DNA from: Candidatus Binatia bacterium
GTDB taxonomy: Bacteria; Desulfobacterota; Binatia; Bin18
NCBI GenBank assembly: GCA_963664395.2
Contig: OY761159.2
Span: forward strand, 4,224,001-4,288,000
DNA: 64,000 bases
Direction of reading: 5' to 3'
In this document: positions 21,482 through 32,541 of the stretch, in pieces
Position numbering within the stretch: the stretch's first letter is position 1
How the letters are laid out: each line of letters begins with the position of its first letter
Made by a program: the position numbers and the translations under genes
The notes under the pieces: generated by a model
Databases searched by the model: none
What the model was told of the DNA's origin: nothing
Seen by the model: the letters and a program-made list of their open reading frames with translations, nothing else

Positions 21482-21588
21482 GAAAACACGCCGCTCTCAC
21501 CATACAGAGATGATTGCGGACAGATATGATACCGCGCTCTTCCTGGCCGGTCTAGGGGGGCACGGGGGGTGTCCCTGTCCTGGAAACC

Positions 21589-22989
21589 TCAGCCCGCGGG
21601 CAGCGGCGGCAGAGCCGGGGGAACCGACTGCTCTGATTTATTCTGCAGCCAGCGCCGGAATACTCCTTTTGCAATTCGTCCCATGACTGCCGGTGTAAAG
21701 AAGCTGGAGGGGGGCTTGAGCATCTGAAGGACTTCACCCACGTGACGACGGAGGGTCATGTCTTCGATAGCCGCCATGAAGAGGGCATTCATATAGGGGC
21801 CAACAATCCGTGCGCCCCTTGGACGGTCGCCTTCGGTTTCCGGCAAACTAAAGTCGGCTCCGGTGGCGAGACCCCAGGGGTCGGCCTGTACCCGGGCCTG
21901 GGCTTTGAAGAAATGCCGAGACAGTTCCGGATGCGTCGGACCATATTTTTTGAGGCACTCGTCCAGCGTGCCGGCCGAGAGTGTTCCGGTTGTCATGCCT
22001 TGTCCATACACGGGATTAAACGCACACGTGGAGTCTCCTACTGCAATAAAGCCGTCCACGCGTGCCGTCCACTTCTCATAGCGGCGAAATCGATTCGCCA
22101 TTTTTCGGTAGGCATAGACTGAAGAAATGGGCTTGGCCACACGTACCGCGTCGGCCAAGACCGGAGAACGCAGTTGCGACAGCGCTGCCGTAAATTCATC
22201 CTCGTCCTTGGGTGGATAGTGTTTGGAGACTCCGGCCAAGGTCACAATCCAGCGGTTGTGTTCGACCGGGAAGAGCACGCCGGCCAGGGGCTGCTCCGGC
22301 AATTTGAGGTCAAGCCAGATGCCCTTCCACCACCACTCCTTGGGCAGTTGATCTGGAGCCTGATACCAGCGCGAACTATACCCGGTATGGGCATTCACAA
22401 TGGTTTCGTGTGGAGGCGTAATGCCGAGTTCTTGGAGCCAGTCCGGCGCTTTTGATGCCCGTCCACTGGCGTCAACTACCAGGTCGGCCTGAATCGAGGT
22501 GGGTTCACCTGCGGCGCGTGGTACGACATATACCGTATCAATGTGTGGCCGGCCGGTGGCGGTCATGCCCAGGCCGGTCACACTGGTTTGCTCGCGTAAA
22601 TCAACATTGGGCAGCTTATGGAACAACTCGCGGACAGTTGCTTCAATCAGATTACGACTGGCGAACAGCGTAATCATGCCGGTGGGGTGACATCGTTCCC
22701 AGCCCCAGCTCCGGAGTGTTGCAAAGTCGCTGCCAAAGTCTATCTCATGCGCCCCACGCTCAAGCATCAGTGCGTCAAAGCCGGGGAAGAGGCGGTTGAG
22801 CTCTTGTCGGCCGCGTACCAGCAAGGCATGGACGTGGCGGCTCTGCGGAACCCCTGCGCGTTCAAACGCGCCGTCAGGACAGGTATCCCGGTCCAGGACG
22901 GTTACTGTGTCGAAATGAGCGCTGAGTACACGCGCGGTGCATAAGCCGGCCATGCTTCCACCAATGACAACAGCGTGACTGTGGGACAT
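21589..22989 (-). CDS. FAD-dependent monooxygenase/oxidoreductase (epoxidase/hydroxylase-like)
   Basis: HAVVIGGSMAGL, GVPQSRHVHALL, ADLVVDASGR, GDSTCAFNPVYGQGMT. Confidence 0.88.
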   Translation of the reverse strand: MSHSHAVVIGGSMAGLCTARVLSAHFDTVTVLDRDTCPDGAFERAGVPQSRHVHALLVRGRQELNRLFPGFDALMLERGAHEIDFGSDFATLRSWGWERCHPTGMITLFASRNLIEATVRELFHKLPNVDLREQTSVTGLGMTATGRPHIDTVYVVPRAAGEPTSIQADLVVDASGRASKAPDWLQELGITPPHETIVNAHTGYSSRWYQAPDQLPKEWWWKGIWLDLKLPEQPLAGVLFPVEHNRWIVTLAGVSKHYPPKDEDEFTAALSQLRSPVLADAVRVAKPISSVYAYRKMANRFRRYEKWTARVDGFIAVGDSTCAFNPVYGQGMTTGTLSAGTLDECLKKYGPTHPELSRHFFKAQARVQADPWGLATGADFSLPETEGDRPRGARIVGPYMNALFMAAIEDMTLRRHVGEVLQMLKPPSSFFTPAVMGRIAKGVFRRWLQNKSEQSVPPALPPLPAG

Positions 22990-23174
22990 GAGTCGCTCCT
23001 CTTTGTCTGCTTCTTGATAGACCGTACCGCAGTCAAGGTCTCTTTGCTTTTACCCAACCTCAGTCAAGAGGTCCAAACGAAACAGGAGTCTTGTAGCGAT
23101 GGTACGCAGGACGCGGGTATCAACGACCGTGCGCAACGTATGCTACACGCGTGTCCAACCCAGAACCATAAGGA

Positions 23175-23675
23175 CTAGCTGCTCGGCGTTGCCGTGGCTG
23201 ATTCGGCCTGAGGTTCTCTGCCTTGAGATGCCGCCGACGCTGGAGATTCCGGCGGTGCTTCCGCCCCGGGCTCTGCCACAGGGCTGTCCGCTACTGCTTC
23301 AGTCCCAGTCAGCGGAGGGGCAGCGGATTGGGCATCTGGGGCTTGGCCTTCTTGGGTGTCAGCCGGGGGAATCCCGTCTGTTGCCTCGTCCTCTTGGGGG
23401 ACGGCTGGGGCAGGAACATCGTCGAACAAACTTTGCGATGTTTGCCGTGCGAGTCCATAGGTCATGACAAGCGACGTCAACATAAAGAGGATGGCGATAC
23501 CGGTTGTCAGCTTTGTCAGAAAATTGCCTGCCCCGGAACTGCCAAAGACGGTTTCACTTGAGCCACCGCCAAACACGGCCCCCATGTCAGCCCCTTTGCC
23601 GGTTTGTAAAAGTACGACCGCAATCAGAAAAATACAGGCGAAAACATGAAGACCGATGAGGGCTGTGTACATCAT
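23175..23675 (-). CDS. secG: Preprotein translocase subunit SecG with long acidic/Pro/Ala C-terminal tail
   Basis: VLLQTGKGADMGAVFGGGSS...FGSSGAGNFLTKLT. Confidence 0.93.
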   Translation of the reverse strand: MMYTALIGLHVFACIFLIAVVLLQTGKGADMGAVFGGGSSETVFGSSGAGNFLTKLTTGIAILFMLTSLVMTYGLARQTSQSLFDDVPAPAVPQEDEATDGIPPADTQEGQAPDAQSAAPPLTGTEAVADSPVAEPGAEAPPESPASAASQGREPQAESATATPSS

Positions 23676-23686
23676 GGGAACGAATC

Positions 23687-24448
23687 CTACTCAAAATGAA
23701 CGATACGAACAAATGAATCAGCTTGTAAGCTGGCCCCACCGACTAACGCTCCATCGATGTCGGGCTGGGCCAGAAGTCCATCGACAGTACCAGGCTTGAC
23801 ACTACCGCCATACACAATACGGACAGCAGCGGCACTCGACTGATCGGCGAGCTCGGCGAGCGTGTTCCGAATGGTAGCATGAACTTCCTGCGCCTGTTCC
23901 GGTGAGGCTGTCTTCCCGGTGCCAATGGCCCAGATTGGTTCATAGGCAAGGACGAGGGCCGCAATGGCTTGGGCGGTCTGACCTGCGAGACCGGCACGAA
24001 TCTGACGTGAGATAACAGCAAGCATATCGCCGCGTTCGCGCTCGGCTAAGGTTTCTCCCACACACACGATGGGCGTCAGGCCGTCACGCTGGGCGGCTTT
24101 GACTTTTTGAGCGACCTGTTCATCGGTTTCTCCATAATACTGTCGGCGTTCCGAATGCCCAATGATAACGTACTGACAGCCAACCGCCTTCAGCATAGGT
24201 CCGGACACTTCGCCGGTGAACGCGCCGTGCGTCTCCGCGTGGAGATTCTGGGCTGAGAGACGGATCGGGCTACCGCGCAGCGTTCGGGCCGCGGTTTCCA
24301 AAGCGGTGAAGGGTGGAGCGACCACGACTTCTCGATCCGAAAGCGTAGCTGGAATCTGCGCCACCAGAGCCGAGAGCAGCTTGGCTGTCTCAGCCGGTGT
24401 GTTATGCATTTTCCAGTTGCCGGCAATAAGGGGCAGCCGCGTGGACAT
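23687..24448 (-). CDS. tpiA: Triosephosphate isomerase
   Basis: AGNWKM, GHSERR, AYEPIWAIGTG, YGGSV, GALVGGASL. Confidence 0.98.
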   Translation of the reverse strand: MSTRLPLIAGNWKMHNTPAETAKLLSALVAQIPATLSDREVVVAPPFTALETAARTLRGSPIRLSAQNLHAETHGAFTGEVSGPMLKAVGCQYVIIGHSERRQYYGETDEQVAQKVKAAQRDGLTPIVCVGETLAERERGDMLAVISRQIRAGLAGQTAQAIAALVLAYEPIWAIGTGKTASPEQAQEVHATIRNTLAELADQSSAAAVRIVYGGSVKPGTVDGLLAQPDIDGALVGGASLQADSFVRIVHFE

Positions 24449-24469
24449 GGGTTCTCCGAGGTATGGTGG

Positions 24470-25510
<1,041 letters not shown>

Positions 25511-25550
25511 CTAAGCTTTTTTCATACTTTCATGTCCGGTGAAAGCCCGT

Positions 25551-25586
25551 CAAGTAAAAATGGTTGACCAAGTAAAAACGATTGAC
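25551..25586. repeat. 18-bp tandem direct repeat in the divergent gap/tolQ promoter region
   Basis: caagtaaaaatggttgac / caagtaaaaacgattgac (2 mismatches). Confidence 0.75.
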
Positions 25587-25704
25587 TCGATTCTCTGCGT
25601 GTATTAGTGCTACCAAGAGGTGGTCGTGATGTGAGGCTCTCGCGACTGGGGCCGAAACAACCAATGTATGCCAACTGGTGTTCGTGGAGGGCGGGGAGTG
25701 GATT

Positions 25705-26451
25705 ATGGATGGTTTTCTTGGGCGTTTTGCGATTCAAGCCGACATTCCGCTTCGGCAGTCCCACAGCATTATTGATATGGTTACAGGCGCAGGACCGGTG
25801 GTCCTGGCCGTCCTCTATATCCTCTTGGGCTTCTCCATCGTGAGTTGGGGCATCATGCTCTATAAATTCCGCCAACTGCGTCAAGCCAGGCGGGAGTCCG
25901 AGCGCTTTACCACGATATTTTGGGAAACCAAGAATCTCCCCGCTATTCACACGGCAGCACTCGAAATGAAGGAGAGTCCGCTCGCTCAGGTCTTTCGCGC
26001 GGGCTATCAGGAACTCATGCGTCTTACCCGGACGAGGAAGTCGCCTGAAGTGTCCACCGGGCCTGTTCCGCCGACCATTCTGGAAGAAGGCGGGATCGAT
26101 AATGTCGAGCGAGCTATGCGCCGTGCCTCGCGCGAGCAGGTGACCCGCTTAGAGCGCGCCCTGACGTTTTTAGCCACAACGGCAAGTACCGCGCCGTTTA
26201 TCGGCCTCTTTGGGACGGTCTGGGGCATTATGAATGCCTTCCGGGGCTTGAGTCTCACGCGGACATCGACCATTCAAGCCGTAGCTCCGGGTATTGCTGA
26301 GGCGCTGATTGCAACCGCGATTGGCCTAGCTGCCGCGATTCCCTCAGTGATGGCGTACAATCATTTCAGCCGAAAAGTCCGAGTCCTGGCAACCGACATG
26401 GAAAATTTCTCAGCCGAATTCCTCAATATTGCCGAACGTCACTTTCTCTAG
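25705..26451 (+). CDS. tolQ: Tol-Pal system protein TolQ
   Basis: LATTASTAPFIGLFGTVWGIMNAF, VAPGIAEALIATAIGL; GGAG RBS. Confidence 0.95.
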   Translation: MDGFLGRFAIQADIPLRQSHSIIDMVTGAGPVVLAVLYILLGFSIVSWGIMLYKFRQLRQARRESERFTTIFWETKNLPAIHTAALEMKESPLAQVFRAGYQELMRLTRTRKSPEVSTGPVPPTILEEGGIDNVERAMRRASREQVTRLERALTFLATTASTAPFIGLFGTVWGIMNAFRGLSLTRTSTIQAVAPGIAEALIATAIGLAAAIPSVMAYNHFSRKVRVLATDMENFSAEFLNIAERHFL

Positions 26452-26470
26452 ACGAGGAGAATTGCAGACT

Positions 26471-26908
26471 ATGGCCTTTGATCAGCACGATGAGGGGAGT
26501 ATTTCGCAGATTAATGTCACACCTTTTGTTGATGTGATGTTGGTGCTCCTGGTCATCTTTATGGTGACCGCGCCTATCCTTCAGCAAGGCGTCAATGTCG
26601 AGCTGCCGGCGGTAGAGGCCGGCCCCCTCGTATCTGATACGGAGGAGCAATTGGTTGTCGCTGTAGATAGTGAGGGGCACGTCCACCTGAATGATACGCT
26701 GCTCGACTTTGGCTCTTTGGGTGAAAAACTGGCGGCAATTGTGAAGCTGCGGCCAGACCGGCCCGTCTATCTCCGAGCGGATAAAGATGTTGCGTATGGC
26801 AAGGTGGTTGCGGTTATGGCTGCAATACGGAAGGCTGGTATAGCAAAGCTCGGCATGGTGACTGAGCCACTTCCAGAAGATGACTTCACGGAGCAGAACG
26901 AATCCTGA
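26471..26908 (+). CDS. tolR: Tol-Pal system protein TolR
   Basis: INVTPFVDVMLVLLVIFMVTAP, LRADK.V.YG. Confidence 0.95.
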   Translation: MAFDQHDEGSISQINVTPFVDVMLVLLVIFMVTAPILQQGVNVELPAVEAGPLVSDTEEQLVVAVDSEGHVHLNDTLLDFGSLGEKLAAIVKLRPDRPVYLRADKDVAYGKVVAVMAAIRKAGIAKLGMVTEPLPEDDFTEQNES

Positions 26909-26914
26909 GCTGCG

Positions 26915-27868
26915 ATGGGAAAAAATCAAAAGAATCAAAAAGATCAAAAGGGCACTGAACCGCGCGACGCTCCGCCTAAGGATAAGCGGCTGGGCCGCAT
27001 GGTGATGCTTTCCGGGCTGCTCCACGTCGGGCTGCTCCTGGTGCTGGTCTCTGCTGTGAACCGTCCCCAGTCAACGACGCTGATGCCCCAAACCTACACA
27101 GTCTCTCTGGTTGCTCCGGCTGCCTTGGGACTCTCCGAGCCCACGCCAGCGCCCAGCCCCAAGAAGATAGAATCTGCGGTCGTTTCGCCCTCACCAAAAC
27201 CCAAACCGCAGAAAGTGGAGCAGAAGAAACCAAAAAGAGAAAAGGCAGCAAAGAAAAAGAAACCAAACGTAGCCAAACCCAAGAAGAAAAGGGCGGTTAC
27301 AATAGCGTCGAAGAAACCGCCGCCACCAAAGAAAAAAGAGCCGGCAAAAACAGAAGTGAAAAAATCTCAGGCCAAAAAGACTGAGAAAGAAAAAAAAACG
27401 CCGCAGAAAGCATTGTCTCCCCCAGAGCCTGCTGATCAGCGCATGAGTGCCGAGAATCGCGACCAGCAGATAGTGGCTGCGTTAGAGAAGATACGGCAGC
27501 GTATGAAGACTGATGTTGGTCAAGCTGCCTCGGTGCAGGGAGGGAGCGGTGGAGGAGGAGGCGATACTATTCGGGGACTGCCTTTTATTTTGTACACGGA
27601 ACAGGTGAAACGACGGGTGAAACAAAGTTGGATCGTCGCGGAGCAAAAATCTGGACTGACCGCGGTGGTGCAGTTTGGAATCCTGGCAAATGGCGCGGTG
27701 GTCAATGTTGCGCTCGTCGAACGATCGGGGAGTCGTATTTTCGATGAATCGACAATGCGTGCGGTCAGAAAGGCCAGTCCCTTACCCCCGCCCCCAGAGG
27801 CATATCGTGACGAATTTGCCCGGCAAAAAGTGGAGGTCGTCTTTGGCGAACCAGAGCGTTTTCAGTAG
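26915..27868 (+). CDS. tolA: TolA/TonB family energy transducer
   Basis: TM helix with SGLLH, Lys/Pro-rich linker, C-terminal RSGS..FD...RAV..ASPLPPPP; position in the tol operon. Confidence 0.85.
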   Translation: MGKNQKNQKDQKGTEPRDAPPKDKRLGRMVMLSGLLHVGLLLVLVSAVNRPQSTTLMPQTYTVSLVAPAALGLSEPTPAPSPKKIESAVVSPSPKPKPQKVEQKKPKREKAAKKKKPNVAKPKKKRAVTIASKKPPPPKKKEPAKTEVKKSQAKKTEKEKKTPQKALSPPEPADQRMSAENRDQQIVAALEKIRQRMKTDVGQAASVQGGSGGGGGDTIRGLPFILYTEQVKRRVKQSWIVAEQKSGLTAVVQFGILANGAVVNVALVERSGSRIFDESTMRAVRKASPLPPPPEAYRDEFARQKVEVVFGEPERFQ

Positions 27869-27881
27869 CAGCCGGAGCAGC

Positions 27882-29180
27882 ATAGGCTGGCGCGGGAAGC
27901 GGTGGGGAGCGCTACGGAGATTCGCGCTGAGTGTGCTGGCTACCGGTATGGTAGGCGTTTCTTCTGTGACGGCCCAAATACGCATTGAAGTCCCGCAACC
28001 CGGTGGGACCGGTATCCCGCTCGCCATTTCTCCACTGGCCAATCCGGCATCTCACGCAGAGGGGAAAATCGGTGAAACTTTTGCCAGCACGATTGCGCGT
28101 GATTTGGCGATGTCGGGCCTGTTCCATATATTGGAGCGGCGTGCCTATATCGAGGGACCGGATGGGTTTATACTGGAAGCCATAAACTTTCAAAACTGGT
28201 CCGTACTGGAAGCCCTCGCCCTGGTCAAAGGCGGATTCTGGCTTGAGGGGGAACAACTCACCGTGGAAGCGCGTCTCTTCGATGTGACTCAACGGAAACA
28301 GCTCGGGGGAAAACGTTATCGGGGACACTCGGGTGAAGTCCGCCGCATGGCTCATCGTTTTGCCGATCAGATCATGCTGTTCCTCACGGGCGAAGAAGGG
28401 CCTTTTAATTCCCAGATCGCCTTTGTCTCTAACCGTGTTGATGGACGAATCAAGGAAGTCTACGTGAGCGATGTCAGTGGAGCCGAAGTCCGCCGTGTCA
28501 CGCGAGATAGGACGTTGAGCCTCGGGCCGAGTTGGAGCCCAACGGGAGAAGATCTCCTGTATATTTCGTACAAGCGTGGCGGCCCTTACCCATTTAAGCT
28601 GGACCTGGCGAGCGGCCGGTCGTCTCGGCTCTATGCCCAGGTTGCGTATGGGGCGAGCTGGGCGCCGGATGGGACGCGGGTTGCCGTCAGTGTTGATCAG
28701 AATGGGGATTCGGATATCTTCCTCCTCTCAGCCCAGGGGCAATTGATCCGCCGTTTAACTGACCACAAGGGTATAGATGTGTCGCCGGCGTGGTCGCCGG
28801 ACGGACGCCGGCTGGCCTTTTGCTCGAGCCGGAGTGGCAGTCCTCAGATCTATACTATGGATGTGCAAACCGGGCGCTCTACACGCCTGACGTTTGAGGG
28901 GCGCTACAACACCGATCCGGCTTGGTCTCCAAAAGGAGACGGTATCGCCTACACTTCCCGTTCCGGTGGATTTCGTGTGATGTGGATTGACGTGGCGGGG
29001 GGAGAAGCTAGGCAAATCACACGTGGCGAACATCCCTCGTGGTCGCCGGACGGGCGCTATCTAGCTGTCGCGCGACGGGGCCGGGTGTATATCGTGAGTC
29101 GCGATGGTCAAAGCATCAAACAATTGACTGGAGGAAATGGAGATGATACTAGTCCGGCATGGTCGCCGCGCCTCTCGTAA
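27882..29180 (+). CDS. tolB: Tol-Pal beta-propeller protein TolB (start uncertain)
   Basis: RRMAHRFAD, IAFVS, repeated P.WSPDG (PD40) motifs; signal peptide starts upstream of the first downstream ATG. Confidence 0.9.
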   Translation: MGWRGKRWGALRRFALSVLATGMVGVSSVTAQIRIEVPQPGGTGIPLAISPLANPASHAEGKIGETFASTIARDLAMSGLFHILERRAYIEGPDGFILEAINFQNWSVLEALALVKGGFWLEGEQLTVEARLFDVTQRKQLGGKRYRGHSGEVRRMAHRFADQIMLFLTGEEGPFNSQIAFVSNRVDGRIKEVYVSDVSGAEVRRVTRDRTLSLGPSWSPTGEDLLYISYKRGGPYPFKLDLASGRSSRLYAQVAYGASWAPDGTRVAVSVDQNGDSDIFLLSAQGQLIRRLTDHKGIDVSPAWSPDGRRLAFCSSRSGSPQIYTMDVQTGRSTRLTFEGRYNTDPAWSPKGDGIAYTSRSGGFRVMWIDVAGGEARQITRGEHPSWSPDGRYLAVARRGRVYIVSRDGQSIKQLTGGNGDDTSPAWSPRLS

Positions 29181-29211
29181 GTACGCGGCGGATAGGGGAA
29201 AATGGAGAAAA

Positions 29212-29751
29212 ATGTATTACAATAAACTTCACGGTGGATGGCTGATAGGCATTCTTTTTCTCTCGCTTGTTCTGGCTGGATGTCCGAAAAAGGCCCCCCA
29301 ACCGATTGCCGGTTCCGGTGCTGGCTCGGGTCTCAGTTCGTCAAATGTGGGTGAATCCGACGTTGGGGAAGAGAAACGCATGCAAGAACGAGTACAGGGA
29401 GAGGAGCAGGCCGGCGGACCATTACAGGATGTCTTCTTTGGCTATGATTCTTTTGAACTCTCTGTCGAGACTCGTCAAACGCTCCAGGAAAATGCAGATT
29501 GGTTGCAGACCAACACGGGTGTCAAGGTGGAAGTCGAAGGGCATTGTGACGATCGTGGAACGGTCGAATACAATCTCGCTCTTGGCGCAAAACGGGCCCG
29601 CGCGGCGCGAGACTATCTCATTACACTCGGGGTATCTCCCGAGCGATTTTCCACAATCAGTTACGGAGAAGAACTGCCCCAATGCACGGACTTGAACGAA
29701 TCATGCTGGCGGCAAAATCGACGCGGTCATTTTCTGATCTTGAATCGTTAG
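29212..29751 (+). CDS. pal: Peptidoglycan-associated lipoprotein
   Basis: Lipobox LAGC; EGHCDDRGTVEYNLALGAKRA, ISYGEE, NRR. Confidence 0.95.
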   Translation: MYYNKLHGGWLIGILFLSLVLAGCPKKAPQPIAGSGAGSGLSSSNVGESDVGEEKRMQERVQGEEQAGGPLQDVFFGYDSFELSVETRQTLQENADWLQTNTGVKVEVEGHCDDRGTVEYNLALGAKRARAARDYLITLGVSPERFSTISYGEELPQCTDLNESCWRQNRRGHFLILNR

Positions 29752-29786
29752 AGACCAGAGGGCTACCCAAGCTGCATGAACACGTT

Positions 29787-30599
29787 GTGAGGCTTATCTG
29801 CGTAGTGACGCTGGGTCTAGGGACACTCTGGGTCGGAGGGTGCGCAACCCAAGCCGATCTGCAACAGGTGCAGAGTGAACGCAGGACAACCCTGACCCAA
29901 GTTGCCAATACGAATGCCTCAATCGAGAGCCTGAGACAGGAAGTGCAGCGCGTGCAAGGTGCGGTTCAAGAACTTGACCACCGCCTCAGTCGTGTCTCCA
30001 AACAAGGAACCGGCACTGCGCCACAACTGCGTAGCCTTGAGGAACGGTTAACGACCCTTGAAGGCCGTATGCGTGATCGTGATGTTGAACGCCGCCCGGA
30101 ATACGGACTTGGCGAACCGACCTTGCCGAGCGCCGCGCCGGCAACGAGTACGCCGTCTCTCCCTTTTGGGCTGCCGGCGGTCTCACCTCTGCCGGCGGCA
30201 CGCTCAGCGGCAACAACCGATACCCCTGAATGTCAGGATCTGTATGGCAAGGCACTACGTCTCTTTCAGGCGCGGGAATATACTGCCTCGATTCAGGAAT
30301 TCCGTGTCTTTCAGCGTAGGTGTCCCGACTCGGAAATGGCGGATGACGCCCAGTATTGGATTGGTGAGAGTCACTACGTTCAGAACGACTATAACCGGGC
30401 TATCCTTGAATTTAACGATGTCCTCTCCTATCGTCGTGGCGATCGCGTTGCCGCAGCCCTCCTGCGCCAGGCCCAGGCGTTCGTCGCTATTGGCGACCAA
30501 ACTGATGCCCGATTGATTCTTCAGAAACTCATCAGCGACCACCCCTCCGCTGCCCAAACGCCCGAAGCGCAAACCCTGCTCCAGACGCTTGGGCGTTAG
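29787..30599 (+). CDS. cpoB: Tol-Pal associated coiled-coil/TPR protein (CpoB/YbgF), lipoprotein
   Basis: Lipobox VGGC, coiled coil, ADDAQYWIGES, AILEF, ARLILQKLI..HP. Confidence 0.85.
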   Translation: MRLICVVTLGLGTLWVGGCATQADLQQVQSERRTTLTQVANTNASIESLRQEVQRVQGAVQELDHRLSRVSKQGTGTAPQLRSLEERLTTLEGRMRDRDVERRPEYGLGEPTLPSAAPATSTPSLPFGLPAVSPLPAARSAATTDTPECQDLYGKALRLFQAREYTASIQEFRVFQRRCPDSEMADDAQYWIGESHYVQNDYNRAILEFNDVLSYRRGDRVAAALLRQAQAFVAIGDQTDARLILQKLISDHPSAAQTPEAQTLLQTLGR

Positions 30600-30632
30600 G
30601 GTCTGTCCCCGGACTTTTTTGGGGGACTGAGT

Positions 30633-31571
30633 ATGAAGATTATCCGACACGTCTTGCCCCGCGCTCCACTTCCACATCCCGTCGTTGGTCTCGGGAATTT
30701 CGACGGGGTGCACTTAGGACACCGGATGATTCTCGGCCGGCTTGTCGAAGCAGCTAAAGCGCGCCAGGGGACCGCTCTCGCCGTGACGTTTTATCCTCAT
30801 CCGCTTTCTGTTCTGCGGCCCGGCCGTCCAGTGCCGTTGATTCTCAGTTTACGTGAGAAGCTCCGGCGGATTGCTGAGTTAGGTGTTGATGGAGTCGTGT
30901 TGCAGCGGTTTGGACTCGACTTTTCCCAGCTCGCTCCTGAAGTATTTGTGCGTCAGTATTTGCTCGACTCGATTGGTGTAGAAAAGATTCTGGTGGGTCA
31001 TAATTTCAGTTTTGGCCGAGACCGGGCCGGTAACCCCCTGCTGTTAAACTCCCTGGGAAAACAGTGGGGATTTGAGGTGGAGGTGATAGGGCCGGTCTCG
31101 GTGGGGCAGCAAGAGGTCAGCAGTACCATGGTGCGCTCACTGCTCCAAACTGGCAAACTGCACGAGGCAACCAAACTACTGGGGCAGCCGTATGCCGTAA
31201 GCGGCCGGGTCGTTAAGGGATTTCAGCGCGGTCGGCAGATCGGATTCCCGACCGCGAATATACGCCCTCGGACATCTGTGCTATTGCCCAATGGAGTGTA
31301 TGCGGTACGGGCTGATGTGGACGATGTGGAGTATAATGCCGTAGCAAATGTTGGGGTCAATCCCACTTTTGGCGAAAATCAGCGGACGATTGAAACGAAT
31401 CTTTTTGACTTTTCCGCTGATCTCTATGGAAAACGTATTCGGGTGAGCTTTGTCGAGCATCTCCGGGAAGAGCGCAAATTCTCGTCGGTCGAAGAACTCG
31501 TTCAGCAGATACGAGAGGATGCTGAACGTGCTCGTAGCCTCCTCTCGGCATCTGAGAATACCCCCTCGTGA
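30633..31571 (+). CDS. ribF: Bifunctional riboflavin kinase/FAD synthetase
   Basis: GNFDGVHLGH, GHNFSFG, VSST, GRQIGFPTAN, GVNPTF. Confidence 0.97.
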   Translation: MKIIRHVLPRAPLPHPVVGLGNFDGVHLGHRMILGRLVEAAKARQGTALAVTFYPHPLSVLRPGRPVPLILSLREKLRRIAELGVDGVVLQRFGLDFSQLAPEVFVRQYLLDSIGVEKILVGHNFSFGRDRAGNPLLLNSLGKQWGFEVEVIGPVSVGQQEVSSTMVRSLLQTGKLHEATKLLGQPYAVSGRVVKGFQRGRQIGFPTANIRPRTSVLLPNGVYAVRADVDDVEYNAVANVGVNPTFGENQRTIETNLFDFSADLYGKRIRVSFVEHLREERKFSSVEELVQQIREDAERARSLLSASENTPS

Positions 31572-32503
31572 CGATCCAACATTTCCAGGTTTCGTTAGTC
31601 CAAGTCAGTCAGCGTTTAGACCTGGTAGTTGCCGACCTAGTGGGGATCAGTCGGTCTCAGGCAAAGCTGTTGATTAAACATCGACACGTTTTGGTAGGCG
31701 GAGCTCCCCAAAAGGCAAGCTATCCTGTCCGTGGCGGTGAGAGCATAGAAGTCTCTCCCCTCCTTCCACAACCAACGACCGCTACGCCCGAAGATATTCC
31801 GCTCGATATCTTGTATGAAGATGACTGTCTGGCCGCGATTAACAAACCGCCCGGTATGGTCGTTCATCCAGCCCCTGGTCAGTGGCATGGTACGGTGGTG
31901 AACGCCTTGCTGTCATACTGGGGGTGGCATGCTGAGGAAGCGTCGCTCCGTCCGGGGATCGTGCATAGACTTGATAAAGATACATCCGGCGTCTTGCTCG
32001 TGGCAAAGAATCGAACGACGTTGGAATCCCTGGCTGAGCAGTTTCAATCGAGGCAGGTACACAAAACCTACGGAGCTGTCGTGGTGGGATGCCTGCCGCA
32101 GCATGAGGGGGAGATTTCTTTTCCCATTGGCCGGCATCCACAGGACCGGAAGAAAATGTCCATCCACGCCCGGAAGAGCCGTCCGGCGGTCAGTCGGTAT
32201 GAAGTCCTGAAGTCGTGCCGCCACGTTTCATTCGTCCAGCTCTTTCCCAAGACCGGTCGGACCCACCAACTGCGGGTTCATCTCGCTGCGCTCAACCACC
32301 CGATTATTGGGGATTATCTATATGGGTCTCGTCGGAGAGAGAAAATACTTCCCCCTGAGATTCAGCACTTCCCTCGCCAAGCCTTGCATGCTGAGGCTAT
32401 TGAATTCATACACCCCCAAGACCATACCGTGATGACAATTCAGGCTCCTTATCCTGATGACTTTGCTGGGCTCCTGCTGGAATTATCCGCTGTCTGGGAG
32501 TGA
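31568..32503 (+). CDS. rluD: RluA/RluD family 23S rRNA pseudouridine synthase
   Basis: S4 domain, INKPPGMVVHP, RPGIVHRLDKDTSG, TGRTHQLRVH, RQALHA. Confidence 0.88.
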   Translation: MTIQHFQVSLVQVSQRLDLVVADLVGISRSQAKLLIKHRHVLVGGAPQKASYPVRGGESIEVSPLLPQPTTATPEDIPLDILYEDDCLAAINKPPGMVVHPAPGQWHGTVVNALLSYWGWHAEEASLRPGIVHRLDKDTSGVLLVAKNRTTLESLAEQFQSRQVHKTYGAVVVGCLPQHEGEISFPIGRHPQDRKKMSIHARKSRPAVSRYEVLKSCRHVSFVQLFPKTGRTHQLRVHLAALNHPIIGDYLYGSRRREKILPPEIQHFPRQALHAEAIEFIHPQDHTVMTIQAPYPDDFAGLLLELSAVWE

Positions 32504-32512
32504 GTCTTTTCG

Positions 32513-32541
32513 TTGACAGATTTGTGATGATGTATTATGGT
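32513..32541 (+). promoter_or_regulatory. sigma70 promoter upstream of rho
   Basis: TTGACA-17 nt-TATGGT. Confidence 0.7.
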
